A stretch of 64,000 nucleotides of DNA from Neocallimastix sp. 'constans' (lineage: Eukaryota). The stretch spans positions 1,054,001 through 1,118,000 of the forward strand of contig JBODTK010000010.1 of NCBI GenBank assembly GCA_050613775.1, given 5' to 3'. How positions within the stretch are numbered: position 1 is the first letter of the stretch; each line of letters starts with the position of its first letter. Both the position numbers and the translations under genes were made by a program. Below are positions 13,791 to 29,809 of this stretch, piece by piece. The notes beneath the pieces were generated by a model. It did no database searches and was not told the origin of the DNA. It saw nothing but the letters and a program-made list of their open reading frames with translations.

Positions 13791-14009
13791 CAAATTAATA
13801 AAAATGAAACTAATAAAATAAGTACTAAAATACTAAAAACTAAGAAATATGATTTTAAATAAATAAATATATATATATATATAAATAAAAAAAAAAATAA
13901 AATAAATATGGAACAATAAAAAAAAAAAATTAAAAATAATTAAAAATATAAAATTTTTTCTTTGTAAAGTAATAAAGAAAAATGATATAATTAAATAATA
14001 ATAAAAATA

Positions 14010-16425
<2,416 letters not shown>

Positions 16426-17299
16426 TAATATAATAAAATATAATAAAATAATAAGTTAATATAATAAAATAATTTTCAGAAATATTATTTAAAATGAAGG
16501 AAAATGTAATTGATGTTTTCAAATAAATGAGAAAGCAATACAAAACAATAATTATCATTATAGAAATTGTAATATAAAATATTAGAAGAAATTAAAAGAA
16601 AAAACACATAAACAATAATTCAAATTCTTTTATTGGAATAAATATAATTTTTTTAAACTTTTTTATTTTTTATTTTTTATTTTATTTTTTAACTCTTTTC
16701 TTTTAATTTTTTTTTTTACAATAAAAATTCAAATAGTAAAAACTTGTATAAATCAATAAATAAAAAATAAAAAATAATATTAAAAAAACGAATAATAAAT
16801 AAATAAAATAAATAAATAAATAATTTTAAAAAATTTTATTAATGGATATTCTCTTATTAATTTATATATATATATATATATATATTTGTTTAATTTTATT
16901 TTAAATTTTAAAAAACATTACCATTAGTTTTTTTCTTACTTTCATTTTTCTGAAAAGAATAAAAGAAAAAAAAAAATTAATAATATTTTTTTTTTTTTAA
17001 ATTAAAAATTATATTTAAATATAATTTTAGTTTAATTATAGTTAATAATTTATAATTTATAATTTCTATTATTATTACTACTATTATTTTCTTTCTTTTT
17101 TTTTTTTATTTTTATTTTTATTTTTTTTATTTTTATTTTTATTTTTATTTTTATTTTTATTTCATTTGCAAAATTTACTAAGTTTACTATTTTATTTATT
17201 TATTATTTTATTATTATTTTATTTTTTCTAATTTTTAATTATTTTTATTTTTATTATTATTATTATTTTTTTTTTTTGTGAAAAAAATATAAAGACTTA

Positions 17300-17342
<43 letters not shown>

Positions 17343-17541
17343 TAACTAAGATATTTAAACTCTTTTGAACTTTTTTTTTTTTAATTTTTGTTTTATTCAT
17401 TTATTATTTTATATATATATATATATATAATAATATTACGATTATGATTACTTAATTAAAATTAAAAATAAGGAATAAAAAGAGGAGGAGCAGTTTATAA
17501 AAAAAAAAAAAATTTTTTTTTCTTTTTTATAATTTATTAAC

Positions 17542-20500
17542 TTAGAAAGCATTAGCGTCATCTTCAGAAATAATACTAAGGAAAACTTCTTCTAATGAGG
17601 ATTGTGAAATACCCCAATCAATAATACCATACTTTTCTTTGTTTTCATCTATAGTTTTAAATAAACCAGAAATTAAACCTTGAGTAGGAATAAATTCATA
17701 GATACTATTGGAAGCTAAATCACGAATAGCTTTAGTTTTAGATGGAAGAATACTATGAATGTATTCTTTTAATTCCTTATACTTTTCAGGATTATTACTA
17801 TAGGATAATCTGAAACCGGAACCATATAATTCCTTAAGACGTAATGGGGTAGCACAACAACGAAGTGTACCATGAGACATAATACCGATACGATGACACA
17901 ATACTTCAGCTTCTTCCATAGAGTGAGTTGTAATTACAATAGTTCTACCTTGACTAACGTCATTAATAATACTCCAAATTAATCTTCTTACATCTGGGTC
18001 AAGACCAGTAGTTGGTTCATCAAGGAATACTAATCTTGGATTACCGACAAGGGCAATAGCAATACTAACACGACGTCTTTCACCACCACTTAAACCCTTA
18101 ATAAGTCTATTTCTAAAGTTTTCTAAACCTACATTATTTAAACTTTCGTTAATGGCATCCTTTTCTTGTTTTCTTGGAATACCCTTTAATCTAGCATAGA
18201 ATAAGAGATGTTCCTCAACGGTTAATTCACCCCAAAGAATATCATGTTGTGGACAGATACCAATACGTTTATATACTTGATCCATATCAGTTTTGATATT
18301 ATAACCGGATAACTTTGCGTAACCAGCAGTTGGGGTGTATACACCAATTAAAGAATGAATTAAGGTAGTCTTACCAGCACCATTTGGACCCAATAAACCA
18401 AATACAACATTTTCTTCCACACCAAATGTGACACTGTGAACAGCAACATGTGGTTCACCTCCTCTTTCTCTTGGTTTATATTCCTTTCTTAAATTTTTAA
18501 TAACTAATGGTGAACTACGATCATAATGTCCACTTAAAATACGTTCTCTTTCGGCTTTAACATCATCATCTTCTAAAACCTTAGCACTTTCTGCTTCCTT
18601 ATCGGTATAGAATGGATTAGTAGCACTAGCTTCAAGTGAATCAAATTCATTATTTTTTCTGTTGAATAATCTCTTAATTCTACCAAAAATATTTAAATGC
18701 CATGGTTGATGGGAACCATACTCTTGTGGCATTACAGCGCCAATATATAAAACAAGAATGAATAAAATAATAAAATCAATAATTAAATATTTAGTGGGTT
18801 CATAAACTTTATCTCCTGGAACTAAATCCTTAAGAGCGTAAGCTGGATGTTCTGAATCTAATGCGGAAACATTAAGTAATATTAAGATATGATAGAAAGC
18901 AAATGGAGCCCAATAGTAATAAAACGAATTATCAGCAAATAAACTAAATAAACTAAGAGCTAAAATAATACTAATTAATACTACCAAGAATGAACCTACT
19001 AAAGCAGAACCATTCTTTTTAAAGAAGAAAGATAAAAGGAAAGAAAGAACTACTTGAACATTTGCCCATACAAAGAATTCAAGGAGTAATAAGGTCCATT
19101 CCGTTCTTACAAAGAATTTTAATCCAGAAATATAACCAACAACATTAAAACATAGCATAGATATAATACTTAATATTAAATTGGTAATATATACCGAAAT
19201 ATAATAAGTTCTTGATTTCATACCGTTCATCTTCATCATTACTAAGTATCTTTCTTCCTTATCTTTAACTAAACCAATAACAAAAATAGGAATTAAGAAA
19301 CTAATACCCCATGGGAATAATGCAGTACCGATAACATCAGCTATATCGAAATCAAATCCTTTTACAACTTTAACTTCTGGGAATGCTCTATAACCTTGAG
19401 TAATCTTAACAGTATTCTTAGAAGTTTTACGAGCAATTAAATTGTTAAGTTCGGATACGAAATATACCAATCTTTTTTCAGAATCTGGAAAAGACATGTA
19501 TGGGGTAACACTACAGAATTGACATTGGTAAAGATTGGATAATCTTTTATATTCACCTACTGATATAGTTACATCATACTTTAATTTTTCCTCATCAAGC
19601 TTTTCAAAGTATAAAGCAGCATATGGCATATAATCTACACTTCTTTTAATAGCATCATCAGTATCAGCAAAATCGGTAATATTAATTTGTTTCTTTTCTT
19701 CCGCGGTATAATCATCAAAGGTTGTATTTGTTAAAATTTTATTAAGACTAAAAAGATTTATATTGAGAACAAATTATTTTTTTTTAAATAAAAAATGTAA
19801 AATATTTATTAAATAGTTAATTTTATAATTTTAAAATTGAACATTTGATTAATCGTTTGATTTTTTTTTTTTTTTTTTTAATTATATATATAATATATAT
19901 GTATATATGTATATATATATGTATATACGTATATAAGTATGTATATATATATGTATATACGTATATAAGTATGTATATATATATGTATATACGTATATAA
20001 GTATGTATATATATATGTATATACGTATATAAGTATGTATATATATATATGTATATATAAATTTATAAATTAATATTTATCTTAATTTTACATATATATA
20101 TATATAATAAAAATATTAAATTAATAAGAAAATACTTACATTTTCATTCTATCAAAAATAATAGAATCAACATGTGTATCATTATCAACTTCATAAATTT
20201 CATAATATGGCATTCTTTCAAAAGAAAGTTGAGGTTTCTTGGTATTAATTAATTCATCAAAGTTTAATACATAACGAACTTCTGTGCTATTTAAGTAACT
20301 TTTATTTTCTAATTTAATTTCATCATCTCTAACATCAATGATAGTCATATTTGAACCTCCTTGTTCAAATTTACCAATAAGTTCTTGTTCAGTAATATTT
20401 CTATTAACAGCAATAAATGCCCAAGGACGTTGCATATTATTAGTAAGATGATAAATCATAGCTTGATCAAATTTTGATTTGGATTCATCAGCTTCAATAT

Positions 20501-22400
20501 ATCTTTTTCTAAGTTTACTAGATGAAGTTGGTTTAGCTTCAGTTGTATCCTTTTCATCAGATTTTGAAGGAGTTGGGTTGATTTTTTTTGTTGTCCTGTT
20601 TGGAATAGAAGTATTCTTTGGTTCATTATTACTTGTTGGTTTTGAATTAGAGGTTGGTGTTGGACGTTCATTGGTTTTTTTGCTTATTGGAAGATCTGAT
20701 ATATCATTTGGTATATTAGTTGGTATATTAGTTGGGATCTTAGTTGGAATTTTAGTTGGAATATTAGTAGGTAATAATCCTGTTGGTAGTGATCCTATTC
20801 CTGTTACTGCTCCAGTTGGAATTGATCCCATTCCATCTGTTGGAAAGCCTCCTATTCCAGTAGGTATACCAATAGGCATACCTGATGGTATATTAGCCAT
20901 ATTACCAAATCCATTCATAACACCACTTAATTGACTAGACATTTGTTCAGTATACTGTTGCATAGCTTCATTTACACCATCAATCATAACTTGAGTCATA
21001 TTGTAGTCACCATTTATATAATTGGCAACTGCATCTTCTGACATTTCCTTTAAATCTAACCCTAACATCTTTAAAAGGTATTCATAATTACCATATTCAC
21101 CTTCACTATCCATAAGTGGTAAGAAAAGAGTATCATGATTTAAATTCTTTTTTCTATCCTTATCTTCTTTAAGAATGTTATCATATGGATAAGATTTAAA
21201 ATGATCATTAGTACCATACCAATAAGAACAATAATCACCAGTACTAGTATAATGAGCTAAATGTACATTTTTTGTACCATTCTTTATAAAATCACCTGGA
21301 ACATATGGTAAGAAATAAGTTCCATTAAATTCGTTAGTACAATATTCATATACTTTTTCGTCTCCAGCAGTTGAAACTAAATTATCTACTAACAAACTCA
21401 AGAGAACAGCGATAATAATCATTGTGGTTGGACATATACTAATTTTAATTTAATTATATATTTTAAATAATAAATATACATTAAATTAAAAAAAATAAAT
21501 TTAAAAAATTTTATTAAATTTAAAATTTTATTATAATTTTATAATTGTTATTAATATTTTTTTTTTTTAAAAAAAAATATTTATAAAAATTCATATGAAA
21601 ACAAATATTATTTTAATCTTACGCAACACAGCCTTATATTGTCATAAAATATTACGTTTATTAATTAAAGAATATATAAAATAAATTCAATTTATACATT
21701 TTAAATATATAAATAAAAGAAATTTCATTAATTAAAAATTTAATAATTAATAATAATTATTTTTAAATTTTTTAAATTTTTTGGTACTTACAAAGATTTG
21801 CACCGATTTGTCTTTTTTGATAAGATAATGTTTTTCTAAACTATTTTTATTAATATATGATTATATTAGTCTTATCTCCTGTATATATTCTTTCCAATTT
21901 TTTTACATTAATATTTTAGTTCAATTTTTATCTTACCATTGCTCTAACTTGATAACTCTTACGTCGATCCTCTGAATAAATATATATAATATTTAATAAA
22001 TAAATTATAAATATATATTAAATTTTAATTTTTATTTAATTAATTATGAAATATTTTCAAATTCAATAATATTTATGTCCATTTAAATTTCCATACTAAT
22101 TAATTTAATGAATTTAATACGTATATATTTTTCGAAAAATAAAAATATACAATAATATATATAAAAACAAAAACAAACTTTACCAGGTGGTGGAACAACA
22201 GAATTCCTAGTAGAAGTTCTTTTAAGCTTTACATCTTCATTACTTTCATTACTTTCATTACTTTCATTATTTTTTATATGACTAATTAGTTGTTGATCTT
22301 CGCCGCTAATATTTGAGCTTTGATTACCTAAATATTCTTTACCATATTCATTATATGTAACACCGAATTCTTCTTCTTGTCTATAATTGAATTGTTCCAT
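17542..22400 (-). CDS. Half-size ABC transporter, subfamily A (one TMD with a large exoplasmic domain plus one NBD; ~1271 aa, 6 exons)
   Basis: Exons 22400-22184, 21971-21937, 21840-21792, 21632-21623, 21438-20140 and 19747-17542 join in frame (3816 nt). Walker [11 protein letters not shown]-loop CPQHDIL, signature LSGGERRR, Walker [26 protein letters not shown]-terminal SLEEVFL and [13 protein letters not shown] are typical of ABCA. Confidence 0.95.
19900..20058. repeat. ~32-bp tandem minisatellite (TATATACGTATATAAGTATGTATATATATATG), about four copies, in the last ABCA intron
   Basis: Directly visible unit repeated from ~19922. Confidence 0.9.
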
Positions 22401-23261
22401 TTTTATATTATTATTTAATAAATTACTTTTTTTTAAAAAAAAAATAAATAAAAAATATTTTATTTATTTTATATTATAAGGTAAAAATAAAATTAATAAA
22501 TTGAAACACTTTTATTCTTTTAATTTTTTTATATAATATTTAATATTTAAAAATATAATATATTACATTTTCTATATTAATAAATAGTTTTTGTTTTGCT
22601 TTTTTTATTTGAAAATATCTTTTATATTTTAAATATTATTTCTGAAAATTATTTTATATTTTGTATATTATTTTTTTTATTATATTGTTATTACTTTCTA
22701 ATTATTACATGAAAAATAATAAAAATAATTTTCTTTTTTAATTCATTAGATTGTAATAACAATAATAATAATATAATATAATTAATATTATTCTATTAAT
22801 TATTTATTCTATTAAAATTTTTATTTTTCTATTATTATTATTATTATTATTTTTTTTTTTTTTTTTTTTTTATAAAAACTTCAATAAATTTTCGTTTTTA
22901 AAAAAAAAAATAATTTCTTTTTTTTTTAAAAAGTTTAAAAAGTCCTTTTGGAAAGAAGAATATATATTTATATATATATTTTTATTTTCTATTCTGTTTT
23001 TTTTTCATATCTACTTTTTTTATAAGATAAATTAATAAATAATCATTATTATCATTCCAAACGAATAAAAATGAAATATTACAAAATAGTACTAAAAAAC
23101 TTTAATTTATAATAATTGACTTAATAGAATATTAATTTTTTTATTTAATATATACAATATATATGTTTAGATAAGATTCATATATTAAATTATAAACTAA
23201 ATTACACACAAAATAAAGGAATTCAATAAAAACAAATTTATTGGATTACCAATAATCACCA

Positions 23262-23292
<31 letters not shown>

Positions 23293-23309
23293 ACTTTATT
23301 ACTTATATA

Positions 23310-23745
23310 TTATTTATTAATAATTATTATTTATTATTTATTATTAATTATTTATTATTTTATTATTTATTATTTATTATTTATTATTTATTATTAATTA
23401 TTTATTATTTATTATTTATTATTTATTATTTATTATTTATTATTTATTATTTATTATTTATTATTTATTATTTATTTATTTATTATTTATTATTTATTAT
23501 TTATTATTAATTTTTTATTATTTATTTTTTATTTATTTATTATTTATTATTTATTATTATTATTTATTATATATTATTAATTATTTATTATTATTATTTA
23601 TTATTTATTATTTATTATTTATTATTTATTATTTATTATTATTATTTATTATATATTATTAATTATTTATTATTCAATTATTTATTATTCAATTATTTAT
23701 TATTCAATTATTTATTATTTATTATTTATTATTTATTATTTATTA
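23310..23745. repeat. (TTATTTA)n heptamer satellite
   Basis: Directly visible. Complementary (TAAATAA)n array at ~24390-24640; further arrays at ~26140-26370, ~49040-49770 and ~55310-55470. Confidence 0.9.
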
Positions 23746-26700
23746 TAAATTTTCTGTTAATGTCAAATGAATGGCCTTTAAAAGTAATAAAAAGATAAAA
23801 AGTGGAAAATTGAGATAAAATTGATAATGGAAATAATGCTGATAATTGTAACACTATTATAATATTAAATAGTAATCATTAATAGAATCAGTATAATGGT
23901 TTCGAAATATTCTTTTTCTATAAAATTTTATTATTTGAAAACTTTATGGTTTTTTAATCGATATATACTTTATTCATACAATTCTTTTTAATTCTTTGAA
24001 ACCCATAATTCAATCGTTATATATATATATATATATATATAATTTATAATTAAAAAATTTTTTTCTTTTTTAATAAATTTATATATTTCTTTAAGCATTA
24101 TATATAATATATTATTTAAAAAAAAGTAAAAAAAGTAAAAAGAAAAAAAAAAAAAAAAAAAAAACACCTTTAACTTAATTAAGACTTGCTACAAAATGCT
24201 CCGTTTATTAATAAATAAATAAATAAAAATACATTTTCATGGATATTTTATTATAAAGTTTTAATTTGATCGTTTCTATATAAAAAATGAAAGAAATAAA
24301 TATATATATATAAGAAAAAAGAAAAAAACATTCGATTTTTATAAACATTATATGTAATTTTTATTGAAGAACCATTGCTTGTTAAATTAATAAATAATAA
24401 ATAATAAATAATAAATAATAAATAATAAATAATAATTAAATAATAAATAGTAAATAATAAATAGTAAATAATAAATAATAAATAATAAATAATAAATAAT
24501 AAATAATAAATAATAAATAATAAATAATAAATAATAAATAATAAATAATAAATAATAAATAATAAATAATTGATTTATAAATAATAAATAATAAATAATT
24601 GAATTATAAATAATAAATAATAAATAATAAATATTTAAATAATTGAAAACTAATTATATTATTTAATTGAAATGTTCATATATTAAACAATATAAAGATT
24701 ATTCTATATATTATGTTTAAATTACTTTTATATTATATTAATATATTATATATAATATCATAAAAATATTTTATTTATATTCAATATGTTCAGTTAATAT
24801 ATTTTCAATAAATGTTTCTTTTCAACTCATTAATTAAAAAAATAAAATAAAATATAAAATATAAATAAAGTAATATTAATTAAATTTTATATTAAATAAG
24901 ATTTTTCTTTATTTTATAATATTTAAACTTTTTATTTATTAATATGTTAATTTTATTTTATATTAAATTTTATTTTATATTATATTTTATTTTATATTAA
25001 ACTTTATTTTATATTAAATTTAATATTTATTTTTTATTTTGTTAAAAAAAGGAAAATCCTAAAATATCAAATTATTTAATGATAATTAAATTTATTTTAT
25101 TTTTATTTTATTTTTTCTTTAGTTGAAGGTGTCACATCTTGATATAAGGTTTTAACTTAAAAGTTTTCCTTTTAACTCTTTTTTTTTTATTTTTATTTTT
25201 TTTATAATTTTATTTTTTTTTTTTATTTTTATTTTTTTTATAATTTTATTTTTTTTTTTATATTTTTATTTTTTTTATATTTTTATTTTTTTTTTATATT
25301 TTTATTTTTTTTTATATTTTATTTAGTCATCTTACAAATGTATTTCTTTTTATTTATTTATTGATAAATTGTTTTTTTTTTTTTTATTTCATTTGTTTTT
25401 CCATGATTCATTTTTGCTTAATTAATTATCTCCATTGATTAATTATAGTATCATAGTAATAAAATGCTAAAGAAAAGAAATAATACTATATCACCATAAT
25501 ATCATGATTACATATATAAAATAGTAATATATAATATATATAGATATTTTAACATAAAAATAAAAAATATAGCAATAAATTTAATAAATCGTAATTAAGA
25601 AAAAATAATTATAATTTGATAATTAGGAATTAATTATAATAAACTAAAATATTATGAGACTTATTATTATAATAAATTAATATTAATATATATATGATAC
25701 TAAATAATATTATTATCAGTAATAAAAATAACATAAATATATATTAAAAAAATTTTATATATCTTATAAAAAATAAAATCATAAAAAATTAAAGATATAT
25801 TATTATAATATTAGAAAGAGATATCCAATATAATTATTATTATTATAATCAAATGAAAAACATAAATATAAAAATGAAATATAAAAATGAAATATATTTA
25901 CAAAAATAAAATATAAATTATAAATATAAAAATGAAATATAAAAATGAAATATATTTACAAAAATAAAATATAAATTATAAATATAAAAATATATATATT
26001 AAAAATAAAATTAAAAATAATAAAAGAAAAAAAAAAAATATCATAAATATTAAAAAATCGTATAGTAAGGACACCATTGACAGTATCAATAATTCAATAA
26101 ATTTAATATAAAATAGCTCGACTATTTAATTTTTTTTTTTTTATTTATTTATTTATTACTTATTTAGTATTTATTAATAATTATTATTTATTATTTATTA
26201 TTTATTATTCAATTATTTATTATTTATTATTCAATTATTTATTATTTATTATTATATAATTATTTTATTATTTATTTATTATTTTATTATTTATTTATTA
26301 TTTTATTATTTATTTATTATTTTATTATTTATTTATTATTTTATTATTTATTTATTAATTATTCAATTATTTAATATTTATGATATATGACTTATCATTT
26401 ATTTTTCTTAATAATATTTATTATTTATTAAATATTTTTTATTTACAATTAGTTTTAGTGGAAGTTATTCCACTATAAATATCTTATGTACTTAATACCT
26501 ATATAAAAAAAAATCTTAATAATTAAAAATTAGTAACTTATGAGATATCAACCATTATTTATTATTTATTAGTAATTAATTAACTATTATATGATTTATG
26601 TATAATAACTATTGATTTATTAGTAATTGCAATTTCTTATTAATAATATTAATTTATTAACTTTTTATTTATTTAATTTTAATTATTACTAATTCTAAAT

Positions 26701-27282
26701 ATTATTGATTTACTATGATTAATATTTATTTATTCATTTATTTATTACTAGAAATTAATATTTATTTATTTATTAATTTATTATTTTATTAATTAATTTA
26801 TTTATTTATTTATTATACAATTTAATATATAAATAATAAATTTAATTAAAGGGAATACAAAATGGAAAGTCTATAATTTATTAAAAATCTTATTATATTA
26901 TTAATTAAATAATAATTATATAACACAAAAGTTGGGATAAATCTGGTATATAATGCAATATATAGTAATATATGGTGATAAATTAAATTTTGTATTATAT
27001 TAGTTATATACATACACTTAATAATCATAAAATGTAATTGTGCAAATTTGTGTAACATTAAATTTCATATTATCAAAAAAATATTTTTTTAATATAAAAT
27101 ACACATAAATATTTTTTTAATTTATTATAATTAAATTAATAAATTAATTAAAATTACCAATTTTTGATTCAAACCTTTTCAAAATTTATAATAAATAATC
27201 TTATACATAAATGGAAAAGGCTTTATTATTAATAAAAAAGATTTAAAGGTATTGTTTTAATTAATTATTTATTTATTTACAT

Positions 27283-27322
<40 letters not shown>

Positions 27323-27369
27323 TTTGTTTATTTATTTATTTATTTATTTATTTATTTGTTTATTTACAT

Positions 27370-27473
<104 letters not shown>

Positions 27474-27821
27474 TTCATAAACTAATAGAATTAAAACTAT
27501 ATATATATTAACTTTATTTTAAATATTAAAATGGAGTATCCATTTTAAAAAAACCCATAACTAAGAAGAAGTTGTTTCTTATCTATATACCTATATAGAA
27601 ATAATATTAACAATAAATATTTGTTACAATCACTATATTTAATAATGATTTAGTTATTCTTTATTATTCATTATTTTTTTTTTTAAATTTTATAAATTTT
27701 TTTTTTTCCATAACAGAGTGATAATTTTTATTCATATTTATATTATATATATGGGTAAAAATTACTTCAAAGTTAAAATTGTGTTTTCTTATAAAAAGTA
27801 ATAATAAATTTATCATTAAGA

Positions 27822-27950
27822 ATAAAAATTGGAATGATAAAATAAAAAAAAAGTAAATGATTTATAGTAGGTGTAATACTTTATCATCATAATAATTACA
27901 CCTACTATAAATCATTTATTTTTTTTTTATTTTATCATTCCAATTTTTAT
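27822..27950. repeat. Long inverted repeat (56-bp arms, 17-nt spacer)
   Basis: Arm 27822-27877 is the reverse complement of arm 27895-27950 with one mismatch (G opposite T). Confidence 0.95.
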
Positions 27951-28872
27951 GATGATAAAAGTATTGTAAAATTTTACTACAGTTTTTGGTAAAAAACTTC
28001 CTATTGTAAGAAAAATGAATAATACTAATTTCTTATGTTTCTTTACTAACAAAAAAGAGAAATCTTATATGGATTATTTATAAATTAAATAAAGGAAAAC
28101 AAATTGATATAGATATTTAAAATAAAAAAAATTTTTTTTTTATAATATTAAATCAATTATTAAATTTTCTTTTAGAATTAGACTATAACTATGACTGTAA
28201 AAATAATTAAGAAAATGAAAATATGTCTCAATGTTTTAATAAATAAATAATAATAATAATCTTTTTTTTATTTTTTATTTTTTATTTTTTATTTTTCTTC
28301 TTCTTCTTCTTCTTCTTCTTCTTCCCATAATTTCGATTGATGGTTAATACTAATAATATTCTTAAGATGTTAGCTAACATAATATTTAATTAATAATAAT
28401 AATAAAAAGAATAATAATAATAAAAATAATTAGCTGAAATTCTTATTGAATATTCATTTTTTATTAAAATTATATACTTATTTACATGACACTAATATTG
28501 ATAAAATAAATTCCATATTTAACATATTTATTTCTGATTAATAAATTAAACTATATAAGGCTTTTATTTAAATAGTTTTTGATATGTATAGATAATATAT
28601 TATTAAGGAGTCACACAGAATGTGGTATACACACACACAATATTTATATTATTATATATTTATTTATTTATTTAATAATTATTATTTTATATTTTATAAT
28701 AAAAAGACTCAATTATTTAATATTATACATTAATTCAATATTTAATCTATTACATATATTATATCATTAATATACTTTATAATATCTTAATGTACATAAC
28801 TATATATACAAATAATGAAATAATAATTTTTTTTTAACTATATATACAAATAATGAAAAAATAATAATAATA

Positions 28873-28909
<37 letters not shown>

Positions 28910-28919
28910 AATCTGTAAA

Positions 28920-29363
28920 AATTAAATTTATAAAACGATTTATTTTTATACCTGTAATACTTTTTGTTAGAGGATCGGCTAATATATTTTCTGTGTTAAT
29001 ATATTCTATTATAATATTATTGTTATAAATTTATATCTAGTATCTATATGTTTACATCGGCCTTTTGAATTTGTATCTTGAGCTATTGCTATACAAGCTT
29101 TATTATCTACCATAATTTTAATTTTTTTATTTCTTTATTAAATTTTTCTTTTTAATTTTTTTTTTTTTTTAAAATAAATACATTGTTTGGCACATTCAGT
29201 CAAACTTACAAATTCAACTTCTGCAGTGGATAGAGTTACGCTTTTTTTCTTGTTGAGATTTCCATGAAATTGGACTGTCACCAAGTAAGAAAATAAAACC
29301 GCTAGTAGATCTTCTTGTTTTTTCATCACTTGTAAAATCTGAATCAGAATATCCAATGAATCT

Positions 29364-29399
<36 letters not shown>

Positions 29400-29773
29400 C
29401 ATATTGATTTGTTAATTATTACTTTTTTAAATATTATAATATGTGTTGTCTTCTGAAATGATGGCTTGTTCGTATGTGTTTGGATCGTTCGTAATAATGT
29501 TCATAACTTTGTGTCGTTTGTTATTTTTATTTTTTGAATTTTCTTAAATTTAATGGTTCATTATCTGAATCACTATTATATTTCACTTTCTTCTTCAAGA
29601 GATCTTTTATTATTTAAACTATTTTTATTGTTATCATTATTGTTTAAATTATTATTATTTAGGTTATTATTGTCAATTAAACTACTTTTATTTAAGTTAG
29701 TATTGATGTTTTGATTGTTATTAAAAGAATTATTATTTGTATCATTATTATTGTTTGAATTATTATTATTATA

Positions 29774-29809
<36 letters not shown>

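Noticed and set aside
20479..20934. Antisense ORFs (also 41032-41313, 42132-42383, 46572-46757 and 52548-52819)
   Set aside because: Shadows of real coding exons on the opposite strand.
25855..25990. Local tandem duplications (also ~28795-28870, 36470-36570, 39190-39270 and 43950-44060)
   Set aside because: Ordinary slippage duplications in AT-rich non-coding DNA.
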